Below, piece after piece: positions 53,432 to 63,274 of a stretch of 64,000 bases of DNA. Below the pieces are notes generated by a model. It worked only from the letters and a program-made list of their open reading frames with translations. It did no database searches and was not told where the DNA came from. A program made the position numbers and the translations under genes. Each line of letters begins with the position of its first letter. Position 1 is the first letter of the stretch. This DNA is from a virus, in the UHGV virus genome UHGV-0086135; one strand, given 5' to 3'.

Positions 53432-53599
53432 ATGTCAGATAAGATTTGTGTTGTCTGTAAAACTCCAATCGATTCTGCATTGGTTGTTGAAACAGACAAA
53501 GGTCCTGTACATCCTGGGCCTTGTTATAATTACATTAAAGAACTACCAGTTTCAGAAAGTTCGGAAGAACAATTAAATGAAACACAACTTTTGCTATAG
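53432..53599 (+). CDS. small zinc-ribbon-like protein (55 aa), hypothetical
   Basis: Hand-translated MSDKICVVCKTPIDSALVVETDKGPVHPGPCYNYIKELPV...; ATG after AGGAG; TATAAATA upstream; terminator follows. Confidence 0.45.
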   Translation: MSDKICVVCKTPIDSALVVETDKGPVHPGPCYNYIKELPVSESSEEQLNETQLLL

Positions 53600-53622
53600 T
53601 GTGACCTTTAGTCTATAGTTTT

Positions 53623-53651
53623 GGCCCTTCCTTTTTGGTTGGGCCTTTTTT
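53623..53651 (+). terminator. hairpin terminator after the uvsY cluster
   Basis: GGCCC...GGGCC followed by TTTTTT. Confidence 0.5.
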
Positions 53652-53654
53652 AAT

Positions 53655-53885
53655 TTAAAAGCTTTCTTCTACTTCATCGTCTGAATCTTCTAATTCAGCT
53701 CTTTTTCCTGCCAAAGCATCTCTCACAGAGATGTCATCAGTATCTTTTAATTCAGTTTCTTTAACTCTTTTCTTATAATAAGCTTCAAGTTCTTCTAGAC
53801 CTTCTATTGTTTGACAAGAGGCAATTTTACCCATAAATTCATCAATAGAAGCTTCATAAAGAAATTGTTTAAATTCTAGTAACAT
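53655..53885 (-). CDS. UvsW.1 small acidic protein (76 aa)
   Basis: Inner ATG of track ORF 53655-53897 (track start TTG); position directly downstream of uvsW. Confidence 0.75.
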   Translation of the reverse strand: MLLEFKQFLYEASIDEFMGKIASCQTIEGLEELEAYYKKRVKETELKDTDDISVRDALAGKRAELEDSDDEVEESF

Positions 53886-53910
53886 CTTTTTCTCCAAAGG
53901 GCCGAAGCCC

Positions 53911-55422
53911 TTATAAATTAACTGTTTTCATTACGTAATTAAATTTTTCATCTGCGTAGCGCTGAATACGATCAATGCCGTGTTTTAAAAGATAGTTCAA
54001 ATGAACGTATTTCTTTTTCGTATTAGCAGATTTTGGCTTAACACCGCAATCATCTATGAGGTCCCAGACTGTTGCGATTGTTTTAGAACCATGTTTACGT
54101 AATACGCGACCTATTGTTTGCAATACAATAATTTTAGATTTAACACCGTGTGCTAAAACAACATGATGCAGATTTTTAACTGAAATGCCAGTAGAAAATA
54201 CACCATAACTAGCTACTATAATTATTCCTTTACCGTTTTCAGCTAAGGTTTTCATTATATTGCGGGTTTCGGTATCAACTTCCCCTGATACGTAATAAAC
54301 TTTATCGTATTCATTTTTAATTAAATCAAAAATAGCTTTACCATGTGATACATGCTTAAACATGACAAAAGCGTTTTCATCTTTTTGCGCAAGCTTAATA
54401 GCTAATTTAGCGATCCATTTATTTCTTTTACTGAGTCCAGTAATAATTTTTATTTCTTCTTGGTAAGTTTTTCCCTTTAATTTAGTAGTGAACTCATCGG
54501 GATAGCGAAGAAAAATGCTATTAATTTTTAACTCAGTTACTTGTCCATCTTCCATTAATTTAGAGGTCGTTACTGGCTTAAATATTTCACCGAACATTCC
54601 AACATACTGCATGATATTGGCTTTGCCATCACGTAATGAACCAGACAAACCGAATTTGAACATACAGTTATTTAAACCTGATATGATAGATGAAATACTT
54701 TTTCCTGTAGCAAGATGACATTCATCATTCATCATCATTCCAAACTGTGAGAACCATTCTTTTGGCTGTTTTACTACAGTTTGCCATGTACCAACAACGA
54801 CAGGTGCATCATTTTTATATTTATCATCTTTTGATGCTCCACCGCCGATTTTCTTTATCATTGCATGACTGAATAAACGATAGTCAACAAAGTCATCAGC
54901 CATCTGAGTTGTCAGAGCAGTTGTTGGAACAATGATAAGAATTTTACCTTCATAATTTTCCAAATAATATCGAGCAAGCAAAGCTTGAATTAAAGATTTA
55001 CCTGCGGATGTTGGAAGATTAAGAATTCTACGACGATTAACTAATCCTTCGAACACTGCATCTTTTTGATACCAGTGCGGTTCAATTCTTTTATTTCCTG
55101 AATAGATTTCTAATTTAGAAAGCCATTCATCAAAATCTTTTCTTGATAATTCTTCTTTTTCATTAATTTGCGGGTCAATCCAGGCTTTATAGCCAAAGTT
55201 ATCACAGAACTTTTTAATTTGCCCGACTAAGCCGAATGGAAGAAGACGATTATAATCTAAAAGACGGATTCGTCCATCCCAGTGACCATATTTGTACTTC
55301 GGATTAAAACGATACCCATCAGCTTCAAAGCTAAAGAAATCACGGAGTTCATGAAATGTACTTTCTTCACAATCAATTCTCACGTGACTAAAATCATAAA
55401 AATGTACTTTAATGTCAGTCAT
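53911..55422 (-). CDS. uvsW: DNA/RNA helicase UvsW (503 aa)
   Basis: ORF track; SF2 helicase motifs (GSLRDGK Walker A-like, DECH box in MMNDECHLATGK); late promoter upstream. Confidence 0.95.
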   Translation of the reverse strand: MTDIKVHFYDFSHVRIDCEESTFHELRDFFSFEADGYRFNPKYKYGHWDGRIRLLDYNRLLPFGLVGQIKKFCDNFGYKAWIDPQINEKEELSRKDFDEWLSKLEIYSGNKRIEPHWYQKDAVFEGLVNRRRILNLPTSAGKSLIQALLARYYLENYEGKILIIVPTTALTTQMADDFVDYRLFSHAMIKKIGGGASKDDKYKNDAPVVVGTWQTVVKQPKEWFSQFGMMMNDECHLATGKSISSIISGLNNCMFKFGLSGSLRDGKANIMQYVGMFGEIFKPVTTSKLMEDGQVTELKINSIFLRYPDEFTTKLKGKTYQEEIKIITGLSKRNKWIAKLAIKLAQKDENAFVMFKHVSHGKAIFDLIKNEYDKVYYVSGEVDTETRNIMKTLAENGKGIIIVASYGVFSTGISVKNLHHVVLAHGVKSKIIVLQTIGRVLRKHGSKTIATVWDLIDDCGVKPKSANTKKKYVHLNYLLKHGIDRIQRYADEKFNYVMKTVNL

Positions 55423-55451
55423 GTCTAAATACCATGTAATAAATATATCTA

Positions 55452-55459
55452 TATTTATA
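55452..55459 (-). promoter_or_regulatory. late promoter TATAAATA upstream of uvsW
   Basis: Exact motif on minus strand about 30 nt upstream of the uvsW ATG. Confidence 0.55.
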
Positions 55460-55472
55460 CTGAGGAAATATT

Positions 55473-56153
55473 ATGATAGATAAAGATTATATTGCAGAGC
55501 TGAAGGCTCTTGATGATAATAAAGAAGCTAAAGCTAAATTAGCTGAATATGCTGAACAGTTTGGTATAAAGGTCAAAAAGAATAAATCTTTTGATAATAT
55601 CGTTAATGATATTGAAGAAGCTCTCCAGAAGCTCGCTAGTGAACCTATGCCAGAGACTGATGGGTTATCTATTAAAGACTTAATTGATGCTGCTGATGCC
55701 GCAGACGGATTAAAATATGACGATGAAGAAGTCAATCCAGAGGCAGCACTTCTGATTGATTCTCCGGTTAAATCTGACATTAAAATTGAAGTAGTAGAAA
55801 TGGATAAAATTCCTGAAAATACCGATGTTTTGATTGAAGATACTCCTTTTGTTGAAGAAAAATTCGAGCAGGCTGTAGCTGAGATTATTGAATCTGAAAA
55901 GCCGTCTGTATTTACTCTTCCGGAAAACTTTAGTCCGAATCTTCAGCTGATTGGAAAAAATCCAGGATTCTGCACTGTTCCTTGGTGGATTTACCAGTGG
56001 ATTGCTGAAACCCCAGATTGGAAATCTCACCCAACTAGTTTTGAACACGCGTCGGCACACCAAACTTTGTTTAGCTTAATTTATTACATTAATCGTGACG
56101 GATCAGTTCTAATTCGTGAAACACGCAATTCTTCTTTCGTAACATTAAAATAA
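55473..56153 (+). CDS. inh: Inh-like protein (226 aa), call is position-based
   Basis: ORF track; acidic N-terminal half; sits between uvsW and hoc where T4 carries inh; sequence itself not recognised. Confidence 0.5.
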   Translation: MIDKDYIAELKALDDNKEAKAKLAEYAEQFGIKVKKNKSFDNIVNDIEEALQKLASEPMPETDGLSIKDLIDAADAADGLKYDDEEVNPEAALLIDSPVKSDIKIEVVEMDKIPENTDVLIEDTPFVEEKFEQAVAEIIESEKPSVFTLPENFSPNLQLIGKNPGFCTVPWWIYQWIAETPDWKSHPTSFEHASAHQTLFSLIYYINRDGSVLIRETRNSSFVTLK

Positions 56154-56162
56154 GGAACACCT

Positions 56163-57860
56163 ATGGCTTATAGTGTATCTATTGCTCCTTTGGCTGCTTC
56201 GGCAGTCATTGGAGCAACAACCAATTTTACTGCAACAACTTCTGGTGCCGCAGCTGAAGGCACAGAAACGTTTGTATGGACAGTAAACGGCGTAAAACAA
56301 TCTTCTGTCACCGCAGCTATGAATTATGTTGCTGCAGGACCTGCAGGTAGTAAGACTGTTAAAGTAGTTGCTACTGTTACCCCAGCAGATGGTGAGGCAG
56401 AAACTGCTGAGGCAGAAACCACTCTGACCGTTCAGAATAAAACTATGCCTGCGATTACTTTAACCTTGAGCCCGGCTTCTGTTTCTAAGGAAATTGGTCA
56501 ATCTCAAGTAGTCACAGCTGATGTTACTGGCGCACCGTCAGAAGCAAGCATTTCTTATGTTTGGAAACGTGACTCTTCTGTTATTTCCGGTCAAACTGAT
56601 AAAACAATTACCTTAACTGAATCAACGGAAACCAGCTACACATTGAATTGTGAAGTAACGGTTTCTGCTCCAGACTATAATAATGGAACTGCAACTAAAG
56701 GCATTGCTGTTGCTTTTATCAAAAAGACCATGAGCGGTGTTTCAGTTACTTTGAGCCCGACTTCTGTTTCCAAAGAGATTGGGCAGTCTCAGGTAGTTAC
56801 AGCTAACGTTGTTGGTGCTCCAGAAGGTGCAAGTATCGCTTATGTCTGGAAACGTGATACTGCCGTTATTGAAGGTCAGACTGCTAAAACAATTACCATA
56901 ACTGAAACTACAGAAGCTAATTACACATTGAATTGTGAAGTTACAGTTTCTGCATCAAATTACAACCCGGCTACTGCGACTAACGGTATTGAGGTTGTTT
57001 TTACTAAAAAGACTATGGGAGCCGTTTCTGTTACTCTGACGCCTAGTTCAATTACCGCTGAAAAAGGAGCAGAAGCATCTTTTAAAGCCGATGTTACTGG
57101 AGCGCCGGCAGGAGCATCTGTAGCTTATTCATGGACCAAAGACGGGTCTCCTGTTGATGGCTCAACAAATACCCTAGAAGTTGATACATCTACTATCGGG
57201 TCACAGGTAATTGAGGTTTCGGCTGTTGTTTCTGCCCCAGATTATAAGCCGGTTACAGTTACTAAAACCGGTAATGTAACTATTACCAAAAAGACTATGA
57301 GCGGAGTTTCAGTTACTCTGACTCCTGAGTCTATTACGACTGAACAGGGTTCTGAGGCATCTTTTAAAGCCAACGTTATCGGTGCTCCGGGAGGTGCAAC
57401 TGGGGTTTATTCTTGGACCAAAGATGGTTCTCCTGTAGAAGGTTCTACTAGCACTTTAGCGATTGACACGTCTGATATAGGGTCCCAAGTGATTGGCGTT
57501 TCTGTTATTGTATCTGCTGCAGATTATAACCCTGTAACCGTTACCAAAACTGGTAATGTAACAGTCACGGCTAAAGTAGCTCCTGCTCCTAAAGGTGAAT
57601 TGCCTTATGTTCATCCTCTTCCACATCGTACTTCAGCTTATATCTGGTGCGGTTGGTGGGTTATGGATGAAATCCAAAAAATGACCGAAGAAGGTAAAGA
57701 TTGGAAAACTGAAGATCCAGACAGTAAATACTACCTGCATCGTTACACTCTTCAGAAGATGATGAAAGACTATCCAGAAGTTGATGTTCAAGAATCACGC
57801 AATGGATACATCATTCATAAAACTGCTTTAGAAACTGGTATCATCTATACCTATCCATAA
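56163..57860 (+). CDS. hoc: head outer capsid decoration protein Hoc, expanded (565 aa)
   Basis: ORF track; five tandem ~94-aa Ig-like repeats plus a distinct C-terminal domain; position between inh and rnlB. Confidence 0.85.
   Translation: MAYSVSIAPLAASAVIGATTNFTATTSGAAAEGTETFVWTVNGVKQSSVTAAMNYVAAGPAGSKTVKVVATVTPADGEAETAEAETTLTVQNKTMPAITLTLSPASVSKEIGQSQVVTADVTGAPSEASISYVWKRDSSVISGQTDKTITLTESTETSYTLNCEVTVSAPDYNNGTATKGIAVAFIKKTMSGVSVTLSPTSVSKEIGQSQVVTANVVGAPEGASIAYVWKRDTAVIEGQTAKTITITETTEANYTLNCEVTVSASNYNPATATNGIEVVFTKKTMGAVSVTLTPSSITAEKGAEASFKADVTGAPAGASVAYSWTKDGSPVDGSTNTLEVDTSTIGSQVIEVSAVVSAPDYKPVTVTKTGNVTITKKTMSGVSVTLTPESITTEQGSEASFKANVIGAPGGATGVYSWTKDGSPVEGSTSTLAIDTSDIGSQVIGVSVIVSAADYNPVTVTKTGNVTVTAKVAPAPKGELPYVHPLPHRTSAYIWCGWWVMDEIQKMTEEGKDWKTEDPDSKYYLHRYTLQKMMKDYPEVDVQESRNGYIIHKTALETGIIYTYP
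56445..57572 (+). repeat. hoc: four tandem ~282-bp in-frame repeats within hoc (Ig-like domain modules 2-5)
   Basis: Protein repeats begin at residues 95, 190, 285 and 379, each opening KKTM(S/G)(A/G)VSVTL(S/T)P; modules 2/3 and 4/5 are each other's closest copies. Confidence 0.75.
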
Positions 57861-57872
57861 TCATAATCATAA

Positions 57873-57898
57873 GGGGCTTCGGCCCCTTTCTTCATTTT
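57873..57898 (+). terminator. rho-independent terminator after hoc
   Basis: GGGGC-TTCG-GCCCC followed by TTTCTTCATTTT. Confidence 0.65.
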
Positions 57899-57955
57899 GA
57901 AAGCACACAAAACATACTCAGAAAATGATGTATATAATGGCATCAACTCGATAAC

Positions 57956-58153
57956 ATGAGATTGATTATGAGAACTGAGGTTGTGGTGTTTACTCTTCAT
58001 GAGTCTGGAAAGTCATTCATTGAAATTGCTCGTGAATTAAACTTACAGGCGAAAGAAGTGGCTGTATTATGGGCTCGAGCTATGACTGCTAAGAATAAAT
58101 TTGAAACTCGAGAAAAAGTTGTCTATAGAAAAAGACATATTAATAAAAGGTGA
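57956..58153 (+). CDS. small basic protein (65 aa), possible helix-turn-helix
   Basis: ORF track; segment SFIEIARELNLQAKEVAVLWARAM resembles an HTH; basic C-terminus. Confidence 0.45.
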   Translation: MRLIMRTEVVVFTLHESGKSFIEIARELNLQAKEVAVLWARAMTAKNKFETREKVVYRKRHINKR

Positions 58154-58156
58154 AAA

Positions 58157-58435
58157 ATGGAACAGTATGATCTTTATGAAAATGAATCTTTTGCTAATCG
58201 ATTACGCGAAAAAGCACTTAAAAGTAAACAGTTTAAGCTAGAGTGTTTTATTAAAGATTTTTCGGAACTTGCTAATAAAGCAGCTGAACAAGGTAAAACA
58301 TATTTTAGTTATTATTGTACTGCTCGCGATAAATTGATTACTGAAGAAATTGGTGATTGGCTGAGAAAAGAAGGATTTAGCTTTAAAGTCAATAGTGATC
58401 AGCGTGATGGTGATTGGTTAGAAATTACATTTTGA
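58157..58435 (+). CDS. hypothetical protein (92 aa)
   Basis: ORF track. Confidence 0.5.
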   Translation: MEQYDLYENESFANRLREKALKSKQFKLECFIKDFSELANKAAEQGKTYFSYYCTARDKLITEEIGDWLRKEGFSFKVNSDQRDGDWLEITF

Positions 58436-58444
58436 GGATTAATT

Positions 58445-59449
58445 ATGTTTAAAAAGTATAGCAGTCTTGAAAATCATTACAATTCTAAATTCATTGAAAA
58501 ACTTTATAGTTTAGGATTGACTGGTGGCGAATGGGTAGCTCGTGAAAAGATTCATGGCACAAATTTCTCATTAATTATTGAGCGTGATAAAGTAACTTGT
58601 GCTAAACGCACTGGTCCTATTCTTCCTGCTGAAGATTTCTTTGGGTATGAAATTATTTTGAAGAATTACGCTGATTCCATTAAAGCAGTACAAGATATTA
58701 TGGAAACTTCAGCGGTTGTATCTTATCAAGTCTTCGGTGAATTTGCCGGACCTGGCATTCAGAAGAATGTCGATTATGGCGATAAAGATTTTTATGTATT
58801 TGACATTATTGTTACTACAGAAAGTGGTGATGTGACTTATGTCGATGATTATATGATGGAATCATTCTGTAATACATTTAAATTTAAAATGGCTCCACTT
58901 TTAGGTCGCGGTAAATTTGAAGAGCTGATTAAATTGCCAAATGATTTAGATTCTGTCGTCCAAGATTATAATTTTACAGTAGACCATGCTGGATTAGTTG
59001 ATGCGAATAAATGCGTTTGGAATGCTGAAGTAAAAGGCGAAGTATTTACCGCTGAAGGATATGTATTGAAACCTTGTTATCCTTCTTGGATGCCTAATGG
59101 CAATCGCGTAGCTATCAAATGCAAGAACTCTAAATTTAGTGAAAAGAAAAAGTCTGATAAGCCTATTAAAGCTAAAGTTGAACTGTCAGAAGCTGATAAC
59201 AAATTGGTTGGAATTTTAGCTTGTTACGTTACACTGAACCGAGTAAATAACGTTATTTCTAAAATTGGCGAAATCGGTCCAAAAGATTTTGGAAAGGTGA
59301 TGGGACTAACGGTTCAAGATATTTTGGAAGAAACTTCTCGTGAAGGTATTACTCTAACTCAAGCGGATAATCCTTCTTTGATTAAGAAGGAATTAGTTAA
59401 AATGGTACAAGATGTACTTCGTCCGGCTTGGATTGAATTGGTAAGTTAA
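58445..59449 (+). CDS. rnlB: RNA ligase 2 (334 aa)
   Basis: Sequence [43 protein letters not shown]... matches recalled T4 Rnl2; ligase motif KIHGTN. Confidence 0.95.
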   Translation: MFKKYSSLENHYNSKFIEKLYSLGLTGGEWVAREKIHGTNFSLIIERDKVTCAKRTGPILPAEDFFGYEIILKNYADSIKAVQDIMETSAVVSYQVFGEFAGPGIQKNVDYGDKDFYVFDIIVTTESGDVTYVDDYMMESFCNTFKFKMAPLLGRGKFEELIKLPNDLDSVVQDYNFTVDHAGLVDANKCVWNAEVKGEVFTAEGYVLKPCYPSWMPNGNRVAIKCKNSKFSEKKKSDKPIKAKVELSEADNKLVGILACYVTLNRVNNVISKIGEIGPKDFGKVMGLTVQDILEETSREGITLTQADNPSLIKKELVKMVQDVLRPAWIELVS

Positions 59450-59456
59450 ATAAAAA

Positions 59457-59480
59457 GGGACCTTTCGGTCCCTTTGTTTT
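59457..59480. terminator. bidirectional terminator between rnlB (+) and gene 24 (-)
   Basis: GGGACC-TTTC-GGTCCC with A-run upstream and T-run downstream. Confidence 0.65.
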
Positions 59481-60762
59481 ATTCATCAATGATAATTTTT
59501 GGTAACTTAACACCTAATAAAACAGACAAATCTGAACGACCCGCCATTTTATCCATGTCTCCACCATCAATTACTCTTGCTTCTTTTTCATCTTTTGCTA
59601 CAGTGTAAGGATTTGCAGATAAAGCATATCTAACTAATAAACCGATAGATGGCTGCAAACTTTCTGGATCAACTACAACTTTAAATGCACCTACATGTTC
59701 AGGGTCATCTAAGTCAAGACCTTCTGTATACGGAGCATAGAAAATTGATCCAACAATTTCTTTTTCACCAATATTTTCTACTACGCCAACGATTACATAA
59801 TCTAATGGACTGTTGGTATCGCAATAAAGCGGTAAACCATTAGCTAAGAACCCATAGGCATTTTGTGAAAGATATTTGTCATCTTCTGGTTTATGTTTTA
59901 ACCAACCTGATGCAGCAAGAATCGCAGCGGCACGAGCTGAAGCAACACAGAACGTTGCTGTGTAAGTTGATTCTTTCTGGATATGTGAAACCATTTCACA
60001 TACCATTCGGTATAATGAACGACCAGCTTCAGGTGCAGATGCATAACTCAAATCAATGAATCCAGTATCAGTAATTCCTGTAACTTTATAGCGTTTTGAT
60101 ACTGTAATCAAAGACTGTAGAATATCTTTATTGATTTCATCCGCCATTTCAGTTGCAAGCAAATCTTCCAAGAAATTAGGAGCATCGAATCCATTTGCTT
60201 CTAAATCTTGTGCTAATTCGACTGTGATGCCAGTTTTAAGTTTACGAGATTTAACTGCGGTTTGCCATTTATTAATCTGGAATCTAGCATCCGCAATTTC
60301 GCTATCAGAGCTTTCAAATTTGCTTGTTACTGCAGCATCAGAAAATAGACGAACCTTTAAAAGAACAATTGCAATCTGAAGAGCTAATTCTAAATCACTT
60401 TCTTCAATATCAGCAAATGGTGTATCTTCTAATACTTTATAAACGATATTATTATATTTGAATAAATCGCCTTTATTGAGAGTTAATTTAGACTCTTCTG
60501 TTAATTCTGTGATTTGTTCTCGGTCTACATACCCAGCTTCGCCGGCGTAAGTAGCACCAGTTTTAAATGTAAATTCGTTATCCGGGTTAAGGTATTTGAT
60601 ACCATAAAAAGCAGCAACAGGTTGATTAGTTCTTTGCGTTGCTACAATGTCAGAATATATTAATTTAGTGGTAGCGCGAGTCAAAGCAACGAGATTTGGG
60701 CGACCGATTGAGTTGCTATTCGTTGTGGTTGATTCGCGCAGAAGTTCGTTGATTTTAGCCAT
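59479..60762 (-). CDS. 24: head vertex protein gp24 (427 aa)
   Basis: ORF track; same length as T4 gp24; similarity to gp23 fold region; late promoter upstream. Confidence 0.95.
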   Translation of the reverse strand: MAKINELLRESTTTNSNSIGRPNLVALTRATTKLIYSDIVATQRTNQPVAAFYGIKYLNPDNEFTFKTGATYAGEAGYVDREQITELTEESKLTLNKGDLFKYNNIVYKVLEDTPFADIEESDLELALQIAIVLLKVRLFSDAAVTSKFESSDSEIADARFQINKWQTAVKSRKLKTGITVELAQDLEANGFDAPNFLEDLLATEMADEINKDILQSLITVSKRYKVTGITDTGFIDLSYASAPEAGRSLYRMVCEMVSHIQKESTYTATFCVASARAAAILAASGWLKHKPEDDKYLSQNAYGFLANGLPLYCDTNSPLDYVIVGVVENIGEKEIVGSIFYAPYTEGLDLDDPEHVGAFKVVVDPESLQPSIGLLVRYALSANPYTVAKDEKEARVIDGGDMDKMAGRSDLSVLLGVKLPKIIIDE

Positions 60763-60789
60763 TGCGCTTTCCTTTTGGTTTATATGATT

Positions 60790-60797
60790 TATTTATA
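60790..60797 (-). promoter_or_regulatory. late promoter TATAAATA upstream of gene 24
   Basis: Exact motif on minus strand between the gene 23 terminator and gene 24 start. Confidence 0.65.
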
Positions 60798-60799
60798 CC

Positions 60800-60830
60800 A
60801 TAAAAACAACTAAAGGGACCCGAAGGTCCC
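60800..60830 (-). terminator. terminator after gene 23 (minus strand)
   Basis: Minus-strand RNA hairpin GGGACC-UUCG-GGUCCC followed by a U-rich tract. Confidence 0.65.
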
Positions 60831-60845
60831 TTAAATCGTCAAAGA

Positions 60846-62411
60846 TTAGATACCTTTAACATATACACGGCGGAAGTAAGCGTTTTTACCAAGGCTATTC
60901 AGAATAGAAGGCATACCGCTCTGGATGCGAGAAGCCGGAGCCTGAGCAGCGGATTCTGCAAATGGGTTGATACCGATACCGTAACGAGTTTTGAATCCCA
61001 TTACCGGTTGGAAGTTCTTCGGATCGGAACCACGCAGCGGAGTCAGAGCTACATATGGAGCATAGTAAATACCAGCATCCATTTCGTTCGGACCTTTATA
61101 ACCTACAGTGAAATAATCCTGTTTAGCATACTGGTCGATATATACACGGTATTTACCACCCAGAACACCAGCAAATACTGACTTGGTAGTATCAGTGTTA
61201 AAGCCAGTAGCCAGACCCTGTGCAGCATAAGAAATGCCAGTATCAACTGAAGCCAGAACGTTAACTACGTTACGAGAAGCGATAATGAAGTTACCTTCAC
61301 CACGACCGGTCTGACGAGCAATTTCAACTGCTTCTTTGTCAATCTGGAACAACAGAGCTTTAAAGGATTCACCCGCCCAGCGAGCACCGCGAATATCAAT
61401 CGGATCCTGGAAGTCAAATACACCAGCTTTAGAACCCGGAGTCAGGGTCATACCAGATTTACCAACCTGAGCTGAGTAGTTAATCCAATCAACAACTTCA
61501 CGGTTGATTTCCAGCATAATTTCGGTAGCCAGAATACCAGACAGTTCAGCATCAGCATCCATACCGTGAACAGCGCGGAGGTCTTGTGCTAATTCGATAG
61601 AGTAAGCAGCTTTCAGCTGACGAGATTTAGCTTCGATAACTTGTTTATCGATACGGAAGCCCATTTCATTCCATGGGTTATCGGTAGAACCGTTGAAACC
61701 TTCCTGAAGTTCAGCGATAGAAGTAGCCATACCTTCAGCGATTTCTACCAGTGCACCAGCTTCCATTTGTTTCTTAATTTCAGCATCTAATTTAGCTGCA
61801 TCATCAGCACTTGAACTAATTGTTACTACAGAGGAAGCTTGCAGATATACAGTACCAGTTTCCTGGAAGAAATAAGTATAGATGTCACCTTTGACAGTAG
61901 TAGCGCCAGCAGTTAAAGCAGTGAATTTCTTAGCAGCACCCTGACCAGAGAACATTGCATCTGGACCATACATTGGGTGGAATGCTTCTTTAGCATCAGC
62001 AGCGATTGGGTCTTTACCATATACTGCACGCAGTGCGAATACCTGGCCAGTCGGGCTATTCATCGGCTGAACACCGCAAATATCGAAAGCAATCAGGTTA
62101 GGAATAGCACGACGTACCATACCCATAACAGCTGGGCCAATCTGAGTTACTGCGCCAGAAGTCTGACCTGCAGCGATGTTAGTAGCGTTGTAACCGTGGT
62201 CACCACCGATTTCAGCTTCTGTTAAGAAAGAACCAAATGCCTGGGCGATTTTTTCGTCTTTGTACTCTGGAGCTGTCTGGAAATCTTTTTCCTGGTTTTC
62301 AAAGATTTTAGCGATAATCGCTTGTTTGCTATTAGCAATTTCCGGTAAACCTTCACCTTCCAGTAATGGCTTCCATTTGTTCAAAAGTTCAGCTTTAGTT
62401 TTGATAGTCAT
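60846..62411 (-). CDS. 23: major capsid protein gp23 (521 aa)
   Basis: Sequence MTIKTKAELLNKWKPLLEGEGLPEIANSKQAIIAKIFENQEKDFQ... matches recalled T4 gp23 precursor. Confidence 0.97.
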   Translation of the reverse strand: MTIKTKAELLNKWKPLLEGEGLPEIANSKQAIIAKIFENQEKDFQTAPEYKDEKIAQAFGSFLTEAEIGGDHGYNATNIAAGQTSGAVTQIGPAVMGMVRRAIPNLIAFDICGVQPMNSPTGQVFALRAVYGKDPIAADAKEAFHPMYGPDAMFSGQGAAKKFTALTAGATTVKGDIYTYFFQETGTVYLQASSVVTISSSADDAAKLDAEIKKQMEAGALVEIAEGMATSIAELQEGFNGSTDNPWNEMGFRIDKQVIEAKSRQLKAAYSIELAQDLRAVHGMDADAELSGILATEIMLEINREVVDWINYSAQVGKSGMTLTPGSKAGVFDFQDPIDIRGARWAGESFKALLFQIDKEAVEIARQTGRGEGNFIIASRNVVNVLASVDTGISYAAQGLATGFNTDTTKSVFAGVLGGKYRVYIDQYAKQDYFTVGYKGPNEMDAGIYYAPYVALTPLRGSDPKNFQPVMGFKTRYGIGINPFAESAAQAPASRIQSGMPSILNSLGKNAYFRRVYVKGI

Positions 62412-62429
62412 TTGTGTTAACCTTTAAAA

Positions 62430-63239
62430 TTAGAAACGAGATGCGACTTTCGCATATACACTTACAATATCTTCTGCACCAGGTGCAGTTTTATCTTCTA
62501 CAGCTTCAGTGACGAAATTCAGTCCGGCTGCTTCAGTATCAGGAGTATTTATACTCTCAGTAATAGTGCTTTCATCTTTATTAGACTTCTTCACCATTTC
62601 TACGATGGCACTCAATTTACTTGAGAATGCATCTGAATAATCCATACCTTCGACCAGAGCAGAGACTTTTTCTTTTTGAGACTCAGTCAGATCTTTAGTA
62701 CTTTCGCTCAATGCCACTTCACGCTGCACATAATTGATATATGCGTCACGCTTATTGAGTTCTTCGAACAGACGAGCTGATTCTTCTTTATGTTCTTGCA
62801 GCTCTTCTTCCATTTCAGCTACAACATCAACTGATTCTTCTGGAACAACAACGTTGTGTTCAACAAAGAGCTCTTTTAATCCACCAAGCATGGATTCAAA
62901 CAGTTCGGCTTTGATGCCTTTATCAACTGCTAATTTATTTTCAGCGAGCCATTCTTTCGCAAGATGGTCGATGAATTTAGAAGCTTGCTCAGCGAGTTTC
63001 TTCTCAGCTTTTTCTTCGGCTTCTTCTTTATTTTTTTCTACTTCTTCTTCTGCTTTTTCAGCAATTTTAGCGATATGAGATTCAGCTAATTTAACGGCAT
63101 GCTGCTTGACGGTAGCTTCGAATACAGTGCCGAAAGTTTCTTTTGCTTCCGGAGAAATATTAACTGATTCGAAAATACTATCAAGAGCAACGGAAGCATC
63201 AATTTTTTGCGCTTCAGCAATCAGTTGTTCTTTAAGCAT
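62430..63239 (-). CDS. 22: prohead core scaffold protein gp22 (269 aa)
   Basis: ORF track; same length as T4 gp22; Glu/Lys-rich coiled-coil composition. Confidence 0.9.
   Translation of the reverse strand: MLKEQLIAEAQKIDASVALDSIFESVNISPEAKETFGTVFEATVKQHAVKLAESHIAKIAEKAEEEVEKNKEEAEEKAEKKLAEQASKFIDHLAKEWLAENKLAVDKGIKAELFESMLGGLKELFVEHNVVVPEESVDVVAEMEEELQEHKEESARLFEELNKRDAYINYVQREVALSESTKDLTESQKEKVSALVEGMDYSDAFSSKLSAIVEMVKKSNKDESTITESINTPDTEAAGLNFVTEAVEDKTAPGAEDIVSVYAKVASRF
62547..62554 (-). promoter_or_regulatory. late promoter TATAAATA upstream of gene 23 (within gene 22 3' end)
   Basis: Exact motif on minus strand about 135 nt upstream of the gene 23 ATG. Confidence 0.6.
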
Positions 63240-63266
63240 TTTGTAGTCCTGTTGTTTAGATAATAA

Positions 63267-63274
63267 TATTTATA
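63267..63274 (-). promoter_or_regulatory. late promoter TATAAATA upstream of gene 22 (overlapping gene 21 stop)
   Basis: Exact motif on minus strand about 28 nt upstream of the gene 22 ATG. Confidence 0.6.
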
